DNA of 59,552 nt from Candidatus Altiarchaeota archaeon (GCA_030590165.1 JAUUZA010000001.1:1-59552), one strand, 5' to 3'; positions 18,025 to 27,356 are shown, counted from the first letter of the stretch. The notes: generated by a model from the letters alone, not told the origin. A program made the numbers and translations.

Positions 18025-19720
18025 ATTTTAATTCTTTTTTTATTTTGGCCATTATGATTTTTCCGGGAATCTTTCCGCGATATTTGGCCATTACAATTCC
18101 CATTATCCCTTTAATTGGGTCACGGGATTTTGATACGTAGTCAGATTTTTCCTTAATCACTTTTTTAATAAATTTTTCAATATCACTAATGTCCACTGTT
18201 TCAACTTCAATCTTCTTACCCTTTACCAAAGTCTCAAGTGCAATTACAATTCCGCCCTTGGTTAATTTTTTATTATTCACTAACTCCAAAACTGTTTTTA
18301 GGTGTTTTTCTGTAACTATCAATTTTTTTCTCCTCAAAGCAGGTAAGTGTTCAGTAATTATTATTCCCGCTAATTTTGTCCCCCCTAATTTTTCAAAGAG
18401 GAAATAATCAGGACTAAGATATAATTTACTCGCAATTTGAGAAGGTAAAATTTTGCTCAATCTCTCTAATCTTTGCTCTGGCTTCTCCAATGGTTTTGTT
18501 TTTGGGAGTAAAAAGGGCATTATATCTGTTTCAGGATACATTCTTGCTCCAGTTGGTAGTGGTCTCATATACTCGGTTGAGCCATCTTCTTTGGCCTTGC
18601 GTGTATCTTCTGAAACGCCTTTTGATAATTGAATTACTCTTTCTTTTACAAGGTCAAGAATGGTTTTGGTTCCGGCTGACATTATAATTAAATCATCTTT
18701 CTTTGCATTCAATAATTTCTTCACTTCTTTGAATTCATTTTCAATCTTATATTTTTTCATATTTTCATCTGAGTGAATAAATCCTTTATATCTAAATGAT
18801 TTGACATATTCTGCAATTTCCTTTCCAAAAGGTTTATTCTTATGAAGACTTTCAGCAAAAAGACCTGAAGAATCCTTCATAATGCACGCATATACTTCTT
18901 TGTCTTTGAAAATTTTATTTTTTGTTTTCTTGAAAGCGGATGAAACATCTTTAATCGATGTAAACTTTGCACACAGTCGTGATTTCAATTTAACTAAATT
19001 TTCTTGTCTTTCTACTTCAAAATCAACGAGTATAGGCATACTATCTAAGTCTTGAACTCCTTTAATTTCAACTCTTGCACCTTCAGGTATTGAGACATTC
19101 AAATCCTGTCTAATTGTTCCCAAACCCCTCCTTACATTTGCCATTCTAAATAAGGTTCCAATCTTTTTTGCAACCTTTTTTGCCTGTTCACCACTTGTTA
19201 TTACTGGCTCAGTTGCAACTTCAATTAATGGAACGCCAAGCCTATCAAGATTAAATCCTTTTTTTGTGGGACGCGCTGAATCTTCCTCTAAACAAATCAT
19301 AGAAATCGCAATACCATCAATGTCACCACCCGTTGCAATAAGTGAAGTTCTCTGAAAACCACCAACTGCAGAGCCATCAATTAAAATTTTTCTCATAAAA
19401 TATACTTCATCAACCAGTGTTGCATTTAATGCCAATGAAATCTGAGTAGCAATTCTTACTGCCTCTTCATCCGGTTTATGTGGAGGCTCTTCATCCCATT
19501 CAACAGCGCAAGATGTTTTTGTATTTGCATAATAGGTCATTTCCCTACCTCGCCTTGCTTCCAAGAGAGCGGCCCTATCAATTTGACCCATTTCACTTAG
19601 TACAGGACGCAAAGTTCTCTTAAATGTAAATTCAATCTCATCACTCAACTTCCCAGAACACCTACAAAATAATTTCCCTGTGTTCAACTGCTGATGCATT
19701 TCAAGACCAATTTTCACCAC
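18023..19720 (-). CDS. gatE: glutamyl-tRNA(Gln) amidotransferase subunit E (GatE)
   Basis: N-terminus IGLEMHQQLNTGKLFCRC (GatE-specific variant of the GatB/E motif), 565 aa, C-terminal GatB/YqeY-like helical domain. Confidence 0.8.
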   Translation of the reverse strand: MVKIGLEMHQQLNTGKLFCRCSGKLSDEIEFTFKRTLRPVLSEMGQIDRAALLEARRGREMTYYANTKTSCAVEWDEEPPHKPDEEAVRIATQISLALNATLVDEVYFMRKILIDGSAVGGFQRTSLIATGGDIDGIAISMICLEEDSARPTKKGFNLDRLGVPLIEVATEPVITSGEQAKKVAKKIGTLFRMANVRRGLGTIRQDLNVSIPEGARVEIKGVQDLDSMPILVDFEVERQENLVKLKSRLCAKFTSIKDVSSAFKKTKNKIFKDKEVYACIMKDSSGLFAESLHKNKPFGKEIAEYVKSFRYKGFIHSDENMKKYKIENEFKEVKKLLNAKKDDLIIMSAGTKTILDLVKERVIQLSKGVSEDTRKAKEDGSTEYMRPLPTGARMYPETDIMPFLLPKTKPLEKPEQRLERLSKILPSQIASKLYLSPDYFLFEKLGGTKLAGIIITEHLPALRRKKLIVTEKHLKTVLELVNNKKLTKGGIVIALETLVKGKKIEVETVDISDIEKFIKKVIKEKSDYVSKSRDPIKGIMGIVMAKYRGKIPGKIIMAKIKKELK

Positions 19721-19812
19721 ACAAAGAATAGCCTAATTCTTTTATATGTCTCTTGCCTCTTCCTAATGTGTCTAGTCCTTCAACCGAAATCCAAAAATTA
19801 TTTCATAGTGAA

Positions 19813-20712
19813 ATGGAAACTGTTTTGGTTTTGATTGTAATAACTACCTTATTATTCTTCTTTATTCCAGCGGCAAGAACCTACGCGGAAATACTACTCG
19901 CAATAGTAGGTTTTATTATTGTAATTCAAGGGCTAAAGGCATTAAATGTCATAAACGAAGTGAGAGAATATGAGAGACTCGCTATTTTCAGACTTGGCCA
20001 CTTTCATAAGGTTTCAGGTCCGGGTTGGATTCTTTTAATTCCCTTCTTTGAAAGAGCAGAAAAAATAGATTTGAGAGTACAGAAAATGGATTTACCACCT
20101 CAAGAAGTAATTACTGCTGATGAAATCCGCACCCACATTGACACCATTATTTATTACAAGGTGAAAGACCCAAAGAAGGCAGTATTAGCCGTGAAGGACT
20201 TCAAAGAAACCATTACAGGTTATATTTATGCATCACTTCGTGACATCGCAAGTAATCTTACTTTAAATGAATTATATTCTGAAATTGAAAAAGTGAATGA
20301 TATTGTTAAAGTCAAGATTGAGCCAATGACATCAGAATGGGGTGTTACTGTTGTTGATGTTGAAGTTCAAAATGTTCAAATTCCCGAATCCATTCAAAGT
20401 GCAATGCACTTTAGACGAAAGGCAAAGGAAGAATGGGCGGCCGCTCAATATCAAGCAAGGGCTCAACGAACTCTTATTGAAGCAGTTGCTGAGGCTGCAA
20501 GCAAATTAGATGAAAAAGGGCTTCAATATTTGTACATCAAAGAAACTTTACCAAAAATTGCGGCTGGAGAAAGTACTAAAATTGTATTCCCAATGAACTT
20601 CCCAAAGATGCCAGAAGGTGTTGAAAAGGCAGGAACAGAAACGGCAACTCTTAATCTCGGTGGTCTACTTGACTCGGTTGGAAAGAAGAAAAAGAAAAAA
20701 GTGAAAGAATAA
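19813..20712 (+). CDS. SPFH/band-7 (stomatin/prohibitin-like) membrane protein
   Basis: N-terminal TM helix, then an SPFH domain (AIFRLGHFHKVSGPGWILLIPF...), a coiled-coil segment and a Lys-rich tail. Start at the internal ATG downstream of the TATA box. Confidence 0.75.
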   Translation: METVLVLIVITTLLFFFIPAARTYAEILLAIVGFIIVIQGLKALNVINEVREYERLAIFRLGHFHKVSGPGWILLIPFFERAEKIDLRVQKMDLPPQEVITADEIRTHIDTIIYYKVKDPKKAVLAVKDFKETITGYIYASLRDIASNLTLNELYSEIEKVNDIVKVKIEPMTSEWGVTVVDVEVQNVQIPESIQSAMHFRRKAKEEWAAAQYQARAQRTLIEAVAEAASKLDEKGLQYLYIKETLPKIAAGESTKIVFPMNFPKMPEGVEKAGTETATLNLGGLLDSVGKKKKKKVKE

Positions 20713-20943
20713 TTATTTATTCATAAAGAAAGCCATACTCAAAGTTATTCCAACGCCGAGGTATGCCATTGATTCTGAAAGTCCTAATTTAAATGCACCA
20801 TACGCAATTAACACAGCTAAAATCAATTCAAACATCTTTGGTTTTGCGTCAGCCCCCGCAATAATAAAAAACGCAAATCCAATAAAGAAAACAAATGCAA
20901 ACAGGAAGACCCAAATTAATTCAACTACCACTAGCGTAATCAA
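20713..20943 (-). CDS. small two-TM membrane protein, hypothetical
   Basis: 76 aa, two hydrophobic helices. Confidence 0.35.
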   Translation of the reverse strand: MITLVVVELIWVFLFAFVFFIGFAFFIIAGADAKPKMFELILAVLIAYGAFKLGLSESMAYLGVGITLSMAFFMNK

Positions 20944-20953
20944 CAGAGGTCTC

Positions 20954-21316
20954 TTATATCTTTTTCAGTGTTGATTTTAATGCTCTTTTTTCAGGGGCAA
21001 TTTTTAGACCAGAAGCCATTAAAATTTCCTTAATAGCCCACATAAGAGCATATTTCTTGGCGTCTTTTGAAAGCTCTTGAGTTTTTACAACTCTCTTTGC
21101 AAGTTTATTAATTTCTTTTAATATTGGTTCAAATTCTTTTTCATCTAATTTTTCAACTGCTTTCTTCATTTCTGGAAAAAGCACACCAAGTTTAAATTGA
21201 CATGTTCCTTCAATAAGAGAAGTGAATGCAAAAAGTTTTTCTTTTTCACCTAAAAACTTTGTCCTGTAAAATGTTTTCCAACCTTCAATATCAACAGCAA
21301 ACTCAAGTCGTTCCAT
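20954..21316 (-). CDS. hypothetical protein
   Basis: 120 aa, helical and Lys-rich, no recognisable motif. Confidence 0.35.
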   Translation of the reverse strand: MERLEFAVDIEGWKTFYRTKFLGEKEKLFAFTSLIEGTCQFKLGVLFPEMKKAVEKLDEKEFEPILKEINKLAKRVVKTQELSKDAKKYALMWAIKEILMASGLKIAPEKRALKSTLKKI

Positions 21317-21337
21317 AATTCACTAAAAATTAATCAA

Positions 21338-22168
21338 TTAAAAAGATTTAGACTTTCTCAAAAAATGAACTTCCTTTTCATTAAAAAAATTGGAATACTC
21401 TTGAAATTCAAGATTATTAATTGAATATAGCTTCTCTTGATAAATCGACTTTTCCTTTTGTCTTTCAATATGTCTTTTGTACTGTTCTTTTGTTGGGTGC
21501 ATAGGTGTAATATGATTTATTACTCTAATTCTTTTCCCTTTCTTATTTTTCTTAGGAGTTATTGTATCTCCACTAAGTGAATTACCATACATTTCAATAT
21601 GGGTATATCCTTCATCAACCAATTTTTGAGCAAAGGCATTTTTTGCTGCACTTCCTCCTTGTTCTGAAAAAATTCGAGTATAAAAATCATTATAGTTTGG
21701 GCCAATTCCTCTATTTTGTTTATTAATATCTAAATCAAGGCCAATAACACCATCAAACTGAAGATTTGTAGAATCTAAATAGACCTTTGCAGAATATTTT
21801 GGACTTGAAGTCACAACATAAACACTTACGCCTTCTTTCTGTTTGAGTTTATTTACATAATCAATTAATTTTTGATTTGGACTTACGTCTTCGGTAGTAA
21901 ATTTTAATGACGGAGCATAAATTCCTGGAGCAACTTTTTCCATTGCTTTAACCTCAAGTGGTTTTGGATTTCCATCTGGAGACAATAAAAGTCTTGCAGC
22001 TATTGGGGGCAGTGTCAAATAGGCCAAAAATCTTGTCCATATTGGATTTCTGCAATCCTTTGCAACATTTTTAATTATATGAAGCGGGCCACTATTGAGT
22101 TCCCTAAAAGATTTACCTTCAACATAAGTAAGGCAATGGTCTAAATCAAGAAGAATTGCTTTTGTCAT
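21338..22168 (-). CDS. hypothetical protein, possibly HAD-like (N-terminal DxD motif)
   Basis: N-terminus ILLDLDHCLT resembles HAD motif I (DxDx[T/V]). Remaining HAD motifs could not be placed confidently. Confidence 0.3.
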   Translation of the reverse strand: MTKAILLDLDHCLTYVEGKSFRELNSGPLHIIKNVAKDCRNPIWTRFLAYLTLPPIAARLLLSPDGNPKPLEVKAMEKVAPGIYAPSLKFTTEDVSPNQKLIDYVNKLKQKEGVSVYVVTSSPKYSAKVYLDSTNLQFDGVIGLDLDINKQNRGIGPNYNDFYTRIFSEQGGSAAKNAFAQKLVDEGYTHIEMYGNSLSGDTITPKKNKKGKRIRVINHITPMHPTKEQYKRHIERQKEKSIYQEKLYSINNLEFQEYSNFFNEKEVHFLRKSKSF

Positions 22169-22235
22169 AACTTTAGAGGAGAGTCTCTAGATTAATAAAG
22201 ATTAAGTTTTTATGTGTCTAAAATGACGTAATATC

Positions 22236-22874
22236 ATGGAAGAACAGGTAGGAAAAGTCGTTTCCGTAAATTGGCAATCTAAAAATACTTTTTATCTTTT
22301 AATCAAACTTGAAAATGAAATGAATTTCAGTCCGGGAAAATTCATTAATTTGACCTATAAGGGAACAACAAGGTCATATACTGTATGTAACCATAAAAAA
22401 AGTGATATTCTTGAACTTTTTATTAAATTAAAAGAAGGTGGAGAAATTAGTGAAAAATTCAAGACCATCAAAGTTGGAGAAACTACTTCAATCAAGGGTC
22501 TATTTGATGAAGAAAAATTTGAAGGGAAAAAAATTATAGGTATAGGTGGGGGCTCGGGTATGGCTGCCTTCATTGCCTTGGCGCGTTCAATTGAAAGTGG
22601 TCTTGACAAAGAATTAATTTTTTTTGGAAGCAGCAGAAAGGCAGACGAAATTGCCTTCCCAAATGAACTTACAAAAATGAAAAAAGTGAAAGTAATACTT
22701 ACATTAACAAAGGAAGAAAATCCTTTATTTGAAAGTGGGCGAATTTGTAAGGAAATGATTCAAAAATTTGTAAACCCAAGTGGATATGAAATTCATATAT
22801 GTGGGCCAGAAGGTTTTACCAAAGCCATGGGTGAAATACTAAAAGAATATAATCCACATTTAATGATGTGGTAA
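22236..22874 (+). CDS. ferredoxin-NADP reductase-family flavoprotein (FAD/NAD(P)-binding oxidoreductase)
   Basis: RSYTV (RxYS/T FAD-binding motif) and GIGGGSGMAAF (NAD(P)-binding Gly-rich loop). No C-terminal Fe-S cysteine cluster. Confidence 0.6.
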   Translation: MEEQVGKVVSVNWQSKNTFYLLIKLENEMNFSPGKFINLTYKGTTRSYTVCNHKKSDILELFIKLKEGGEISEKFKTIKVGETTSIKGLFDEEKFEGKKIIGIGGGSGMAAFIALARSIESGLDKELIFFGSSRKADEIAFPNELTKMKKVKVILTLTKEENPLFESGRICKEMIQKFVNPSGYEIHICGPEGFTKAMGEILKEYNPHLMMW

Positions 22875-22903
22875 TTATTTAATTTAAGGGCTGTAAAGCC
22901 TTT

Positions 22904-23200
22904 ATGGAGTATAAATATACTTCCTACGAAAATTCAAAGGAAAAGATAATGGAAATTATTGGTCAAATTAAACGAATTGATTCTGATGTTGGTAAAAAAT
23001 TAGAAACAAATTCGGAAGAAGATTTTAAAAAATATTCCAGCCCCTCTTCTTACATTGGAGATTTGATAGAAAGACGTAATGTTCTCATAATACAAAATCA
23101 TATGACGTTATTGAATCAAAAAGACCCAAAACTTGCGGAAGAACTTGCAAAAGAACTTTCTGAAAACATTTACAGTAAAAATAACTTGGGATATTTCTAA
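22904..23200 (+). CDS. hypothetical protein
   Basis: 98 aa, helical, no motif recognised. Confidence 0.3.
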   Translation: MEYKYTSYENSKEKIMEIIGQIKRIDSDVGKKLETNSEEDFKKYSSPSSYIGDLIERRNVLIIQNHMTLLNQKDPKLAEELAKELSENIYSKNNLGYF

Positions 23201-23242
23201 GACTTAAATTTTGTTTCCAAAACAGAACAGAAAGAAAAAAAA

Positions 23243-23316
23243 TGCGCCAGCCGGGATTTGAACCCGGGTTTGCGCCGTGGCAGGGCACTGTCCTAGCCAG
23301 GCTAGACTACTAGCGC
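23243..23316 (-). tRNA. tRNA-Gly (GCC)
   Basis: Clean cloverleaf: acceptor GCGCTAG/CTGGCGC, anticodon stem GTGCC/GGCGC, loop CTGCCAC, T loop TTCAAAT. CCA not encoded. Trailer is a plain T8 run. Confidence 0.9.
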
Positions 23317-23613
23317 TTCAATAAATTGATTAAAAATTCATTATTTAAAAGATTTGAGCTTATTTTCATTCAATCCAGTTTTCAAATTATACTTTATTCT
23401 TTGTATCCCTTTCTTCTCCTGCCAAAAAAATATAAAATACCTGTTCGCTTACGATAAAAATCAGTCTTTAATCTATCAATACGCCTTGAAATTCTCTTCA
23501 TCCGTTTGCCAAAAGACTTTTGAGTCTTTTCCACCTAAAATTATTTCCTATTAAATTATCCAATTTTCGTTAAATTTTCAAGTTACACCAATCAGTCTCT
23601 TAATATATTTGAT

Positions 23614-23675
23614 CAAACTTTTCGAGCGAAAGGACAAGCGACTAAAAGGAGCGAGTCCGAAGCGAGAAAAGTTTG
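23614..23675. repeat. tRNA-3'-flanking palindromic element (copy at tRNA-Arg)
   Basis: CAAACTTTTCGAGCG...GAGAAAAGTTTG: 10-bp terminal inverted repeats and an internal GGAC/GTCC stem. The right end overlaps the tRNA-Arg 3' end by 2 nt. Confidence 0.7.
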
Positions 23676-23748
23676 GGCCTAGCGGGATTTGAACCCGCGA
23701 CTTACAGCTTAGAAGGCTGTCGCCCTATCCAGGCTAGGCTATAGGCCC
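23674..23748 (-). tRNA. tRNA-Arg (TCT)
   Basis: Acceptor GGGCCTA/TAGGCCC, anticodon stem ACAGC/GCTGT, loop CTTCTAA, T loop TTCAAAT. TATA TTATTATAAAAG about 27 nt upstream. Confidence 0.9.
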
Positions 23749-23770
23749 TTATCTAAAATAGACAAACTAC

Positions 23771-23782
23771 TTTTATAATAAC
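23771..23782. promoter_or_regulatory. bidirectional TATA box (TTTTATAATAAC) between tRNA-Arg and the downstream surface-protein gene
   Basis: Lies about 27 nt upstream of the tRNA-Arg 5' end on the minus strand and about 20 nt upstream of the GTG at 23798 on the plus strand (leaderless arrangement). Confidence 0.4.
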
Positions 23783-23797
23783 TGTCCTAAGAATTTT

Positions 23798-25855
23798 GTG
23801 TCGACAACCACCATTCATCATGTTCCAATTCTCTTACAAACTTTGGTTGTCGGGTTGCTAACAGTTCTTGTCGGTTGGAAAATTGCTGCCTTAATTTCAA
23901 ATCCTGTTATTTATCTTGACCCTGCACTTGAAACTGCTGCAAATGAACTTGCAATTGTGTGTGAAGGAAAATTAACTTCAACGACATTGACTCCGCCACC
24001 ACCTGGAGCGAATTATATTATAACAACTTGTTTAGACAAAAGTGCAGCGACCTTGGGATCTACGGCATTCACTCTTTATCAAATGAAAGACCTCATAAAA
24101 AGTGGAAAAGATTTTATTTCTTTTTTCAAATCTCCAAAAAATAATTTAGGAACTCTGTGGAAAAAGTTAGGAAAAGGACTCAACAATCTTGAAGAGGTTG
24201 GTAATTTAAGAAAACCAACTAGTGACCTCTTGGATACTATTGGAGATGTAGGAAACTCTATTGATGATGTCCAAGACGCATTAAAAAGTTTAGAAAATCT
24301 CCCAATTGATAATGTTGACGAAGTAAAAAAGTTACTCACACAAACTGATGACATAAAAGCAAATTTAAAAATTCTTGAAAATTATAAAACCGCAGGGGCA
24401 CCACCTCTAGATCCTAACAGTGAAGAATATGAAAAAATTATAAAAGCAATTAATGACCTTAAATCCCAAACTGCTAGTTTAGAAAATGGTCTCACAAGCT
24501 TTGCTGGTGGTCTAAATAAATTTCTTAAAACAGCAAATAATGCAGGAACTCTTGCCGCTGTTCTTCCAAAAAAATCAAAGGGCCTTACTATTTTCTCTTC
24601 CAAAACTAATAAAGTAATAAGTTCTGCTAAAACAACCTTACTCGATTTAAGTGATTGGCAAGCATCTAAAAATGTTTTCAAAACAATTAATCATGTAATA
24701 ACCTCTATTTCAAGTGGTATTAAGAAGAATAGAAAATCCATTCTTTATGCCAAAAACGCAATGAAATTTGCTCAAGATGTCTCATCTGAAAAAAATAGGC
24801 AAATTATTGATTCATATTTAACAACAAATAGTGAAGTATTCGAAATCTTAGCGGGTTCATTTATTGGGATACCATATTCACCCCTCGTCATAAATATAAT
24901 TAATATGACTGAAGATGATCCAAGGAATGACCGACTAATTGAATTTTCACAATCTGCCTTATATGTGACAGGGGATATGTCTAGTTATACTCGACAATTT
25001 AGAAAAGACAGTTCAACTTTCTTAGCCAGTAGGGGTTATTATCTTACTTCTTCCTTCATAAACGATTTGAATGATTACGAAATTTTAACCTATGACAGTC
25101 AAACGAATATTAATCCTTCAATCTTTTTCAGGCTTGCTTCGGAATTCGCAATCAAGTCAAAACCAATTTGTGAAGAAAGTGAAAATTGCGACACTTACTT
25201 TTCTGACCTTTTTGAATATTCAGTTAATATGAATTTAGATACTACTACTCTCGATGAATTTGAAACAATTTCTAAGTCAAATAATCCTTCAATCATCAAT
25301 CATGAATATCTAAAATTTGCTGATGTATTAAATTTCTTCAAAGAAAAAGATATTGAAGCTGGTCCTGTTTTTGATGACGCCGTTGAAGTTCAAAAAGAGG
25401 TTGGAAGTTGGATGGGTGAAAATTGCGAAACTTCTATTTTAAATCTTGATGAAATTGGTCCTGTTGAAGTAACTTCTTGTGGATTAGTAATTGATTGTTC
25501 ACCTATTGAATTTTGTTATGTTGGTCTCCCAGTAGTGAATGCCGATCCTTGGATTCCTTATATTCCTGTAACTTACTTAGACGGAGATGAGGTTGAAGGA
25601 CTTGGAAATTTAATAGGGATGAACTATGACTCAACAGAAAGGGTAATAACCCCAAAATGGTGGGGAGGGGCCTGTCTAACCCCAAGACAACTTGAACACA
25701 TTTATATTTGTGTATCTTTACCTAGTTTCAGTCGGTGTAAGGTTGTTGACTGTGGGAAACAATTGGATATTGAACCAACAAGATTTACCCCAACAGTAAC
25801 TGCTGAAGATATTGGAGAAAAAATGGAAATAAGGGGGAACTTCGCAACATGGTAA
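23798..25855 (+). CDS. large N-terminally anchored extracellular protein, hypothetical (Cys-rich C-terminal region)
   Basis: 685 aa. GTG start, N-terminal hydrophobic anchor ILLQTLVVGLLTVLVGWKIAALI, long N/S/T-rich middle, about 12 Cys in the last 230 aa. Confidence 0.5.
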   Translation: MSTTTIHHVPILLQTLVVGLLTVLVGWKIAALISNPVIYLDPALETAANELAIVCEGKLTSTTLTPPPPGANYIITTCLDKSAATLGSTAFTLYQMKDLIKSGKDFISFFKSPKNNLGTLWKKLGKGLNNLEEVGNLRKPTSDLLDTIGDVGNSIDDVQDALKSLENLPIDNVDEVKKLLTQTDDIKANLKILENYKTAGAPPLDPNSEEYEKIIKAINDLKSQTASLENGLTSFAGGLNKFLKTANNAGTLAAVLPKKSKGLTIFSSKTNKVISSAKTTLLDLSDWQASKNVFKTINHVITSISSGIKKNRKSILYAKNAMKFAQDVSSEKNRQIIDSYLTTNSEVFEILAGSFIGIPYSPLVINIINMTEDDPRNDRLIEFSQSALYVTGDMSSYTRQFRKDSSTFLASRGYYLTSSFINDLNDYEILTYDSQTNINPSIFFRLASEFAIKSKPICEESENCDTYFSDLFEYSVNMNLDTTTLDEFETISKSNNPSIINHEYLKFADVLNFFKEKDIEAGPVFDDAVEVQKEVGSWMGENCETSILNLDEIGPVEVTSCGLVIDCSPIEFCYVGLPVVNADPWIPYIPVTYLDGDEVEGLGNLIGMNYDSTERVITPKWWGGACLTPRQLEHIYICVSLPSFSRCKVVDCGKQLDIEPTRFTPTVTAEDIGEKMEIRGNFATW

Positions 25856-26193
25856 AACAAATTATAATAGTTAGGAAAGACATCAAAATGGGAAAAGGAA
25901 AAACTGCAGCACAAGTGGCCCACGCAAGTCTCGGTGCATATAAAAAAGCAAAAAAACTTTCACCTAAACTAATTGCAGAATGGGAAAGTGAAGGTGAGAA
26001 AAAAGTTGTTCTCAAGGGAACGCTTGAAGACCTCATTAATTTTAAGCAATGGGCGGATGCAAAAAAAATCCCAAGTTACATGGTAAGTGACGCAGGAAGA
26101 ACCCAACTCGCACCTGGAACTGTAACTACACTTGGAATAGGTCCAGAAAAAGATGAAGAACTCAAAGAAACTAAAATTCTTAAATTACTTTAA
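25849..26193 (+). CDS. pth2: peptidyl-tRNA hydrolase, archaeal Pth2 type
   Basis: KQIIIVRKDIKMGKGKTAAQVAHASL...DAGRTQLAPGTVTTLGIGP, full-length match to the PTH2 family. Confidence 0.85.
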   Translation: MVKQIIIVRKDIKMGKGKTAAQVAHASLGAYKKAKKLSPKLIAEWESEGEKKVVLKGTLEDLINFKQWADAKKIPSYMVSDAGRTQLAPGTVTTLGIGPEKDEELKETKILKLL

Positions 26194-26694
26194 TTACCAA
26201 TTATATGAAACTTCTTCAGTTTGAGTACCAGAATCCTTCCATCCTTCCTTTGAAAGTTCAAGAGCCTTCTTTACAGTTGGAAGAGTTCTCTCAAGCTCAT
26301 TTGTCACAAAAGTAATGGTTTCAACCATTATTTGTTCTGGGTTTTCACTTGTTGTGGCTTCAAAAGCACGAAGTGAAAAAGTCTTGTGCAAAACTACACA
26401 AGTCTTCAAAACATCCATCAATTCAGTTTTCATATGTTTTACAAATTTATTATCTTGAGATAAAATGAAATCAGTTGGCGAAATAAAACCTATCATTCCA
26501 TTTGCTAAGTGTATTGGGGCTTTTCTTGAAAACGCAAAAAGACTTAGAACACTATCAACATCATCTTCTTTTGGGAAACCAAAAACAGACATAAATGTTT
26601 TCAATTCAGGTAAATCCTTATGTTTCTTTTTTAATTTAGAATATTCAACTCTAATTTCTTTAATTCCCGTCATACACTTTACATAAATAGTCAT
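26194..26694 (-). CDS. hypothetical protein
   Basis: 166 aa, mixed alpha/beta, no recognisable motif. Confidence 0.35.
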   Translation of the reverse strand: MTIYVKCMTGIKEIRVEYSKLKKKHKDLPELKTFMSVFGFPKEDDVDSVLSLFAFSRKAPIHLANGMIGFISPTDFILSQDNKFVKHMKTELMDVLKTCVVLHKTFSLRAFEATTSENPEQIMVETITFVTNELERTLPTVKKALELSKEGWKDSGTQTEEVSYNW

Positions 26695-26747
26695 TTATAA
26701 GGCTTAAAGACGGTTAATCTTTTAAATAACTACTTTAAAATAAAAAC

Positions 26748-26957
26748 ATGAAATACAATCTAAAATTAAGGTATAAACCAATTCTTGATGAAACTCTCAG
26801 CTCTTTAGATGATGGGAGTATAAAATTTGAAACAACGAAAAATTTTGTAGAGGGTTTGTATAACGAAACAAAATTATCAAAAAATGAGATAGGTACTGCA
26901 ATAAAATGTGCAATATTAAACAGCCTTTGTGTTTATGTAAATCAAAATGAAAAATAA
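26748..26957 (+). CDS. hypothetical small protein
   Basis: 69 aa. TATA-like CTTTTAAATAAC upstream and a hairpin/T8 terminator (ACTCAATTTTTTTTGAGT) downstream. Confidence 0.35.
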   Translation: MKYNLKLRYKPILDETLSSLDDGSIKFETTKNFVEGLYNETKLSKNEIGTAIKCAILNSLCVYVNQNEK

Positions 26958-26994
26958 ATTTTAAATAAAATATATTTTACTCAATTTTTTTTGA

Positions 26995-27223
26995 GTGTAT
27001 CCCGCGAAGCGAGAGCAGTGAAAAAAAGTTGCCAAGTATAAGCGGGATTTGTGGGAGGAAATTTTATTCAAACTTTTCGAGCGGACCCCTGCGAGGAAAG
27101 CGAGCAGGGGGTAGTGAGAAAAGCTTGTCCCGCATAGGCGGGACTTGCAGAAGGAAATTTTACTCAAGCTTTTCGAGCGGACCCCTGCGAGGAAAGCGAG
27201 CAGGGGGTAGTGAGAAAAGCTTG
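26995..27223. repeat. tandem array of tRNA-flanking palindromic modules (two full ~100-nt units plus a degenerate third) ending at tRNA-Leu
   Basis: Unit = [TCCCGC-loop-GCGGGA hairpin][TTGCAGAAGGAAATTTTACTCAAG][CTTTTCGAGCGG ACCCCTGC GAGGAAAGCGAG CAGGGGG TAGTGAGAAAAGCTTG]. The 59-nt core occurs twice (27069-27127 and 27165-27223) and is identical apart from its first few bases. The inner stem CCCCTGC/GCAGGGG equals the tRNA-Leu acceptor stem. Confidence 0.75.
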
Positions 27224-27306
27224 CAGGGGATGAGATTTGAACTCACGAACCCACTAGGGACAGGAATCTGAATCCTGCGCGTTTGGCCAAGCTCCGCCAC
27301 CCCTGC
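27222..27306 (-). tRNA. tRNA-Leu (CAG), long variable arm
   Basis: Acceptor GCAGGGG/CCCCTGC, anticodon stem CAGGA/TCCTG, loop TTCAGAT, 14-nt variable arm, T loop TTCAAAT. TATA about 28 nt upstream. Confidence 0.85.
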
Positions 27307-27356
27307 AGCAATTATCCTTTCAAAGAGTAATTTAAATATGTAGTTTCATACTTATT

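Noticed and set aside
23354-23554. 66-aa ORF in the tRNA-Gly / tRNA-Arg intergenic region
   Set aside because: Low-complexity F/L/I/Y-rich translation of AT-rich DNA with no promoter or SD. More likely non-coding spacer.
23798-25855. Diversity-generating retroelement target (variable C-terminal domain) in the large surface proteins
   Set aside because: No reverse transcriptase ORF and no template/variable repeat pair with adenine-specific mismatches were detectable anywhere in the window.
27029-27271. 80-aa ORF across the tRNA-Leu repeat array
   Set aside because: Its translation (...GPLRGKRAGGSEKSL... repeated) merely mirrors the tandem nucleotide repeat. It overlaps a tRNA gene and has no start context.
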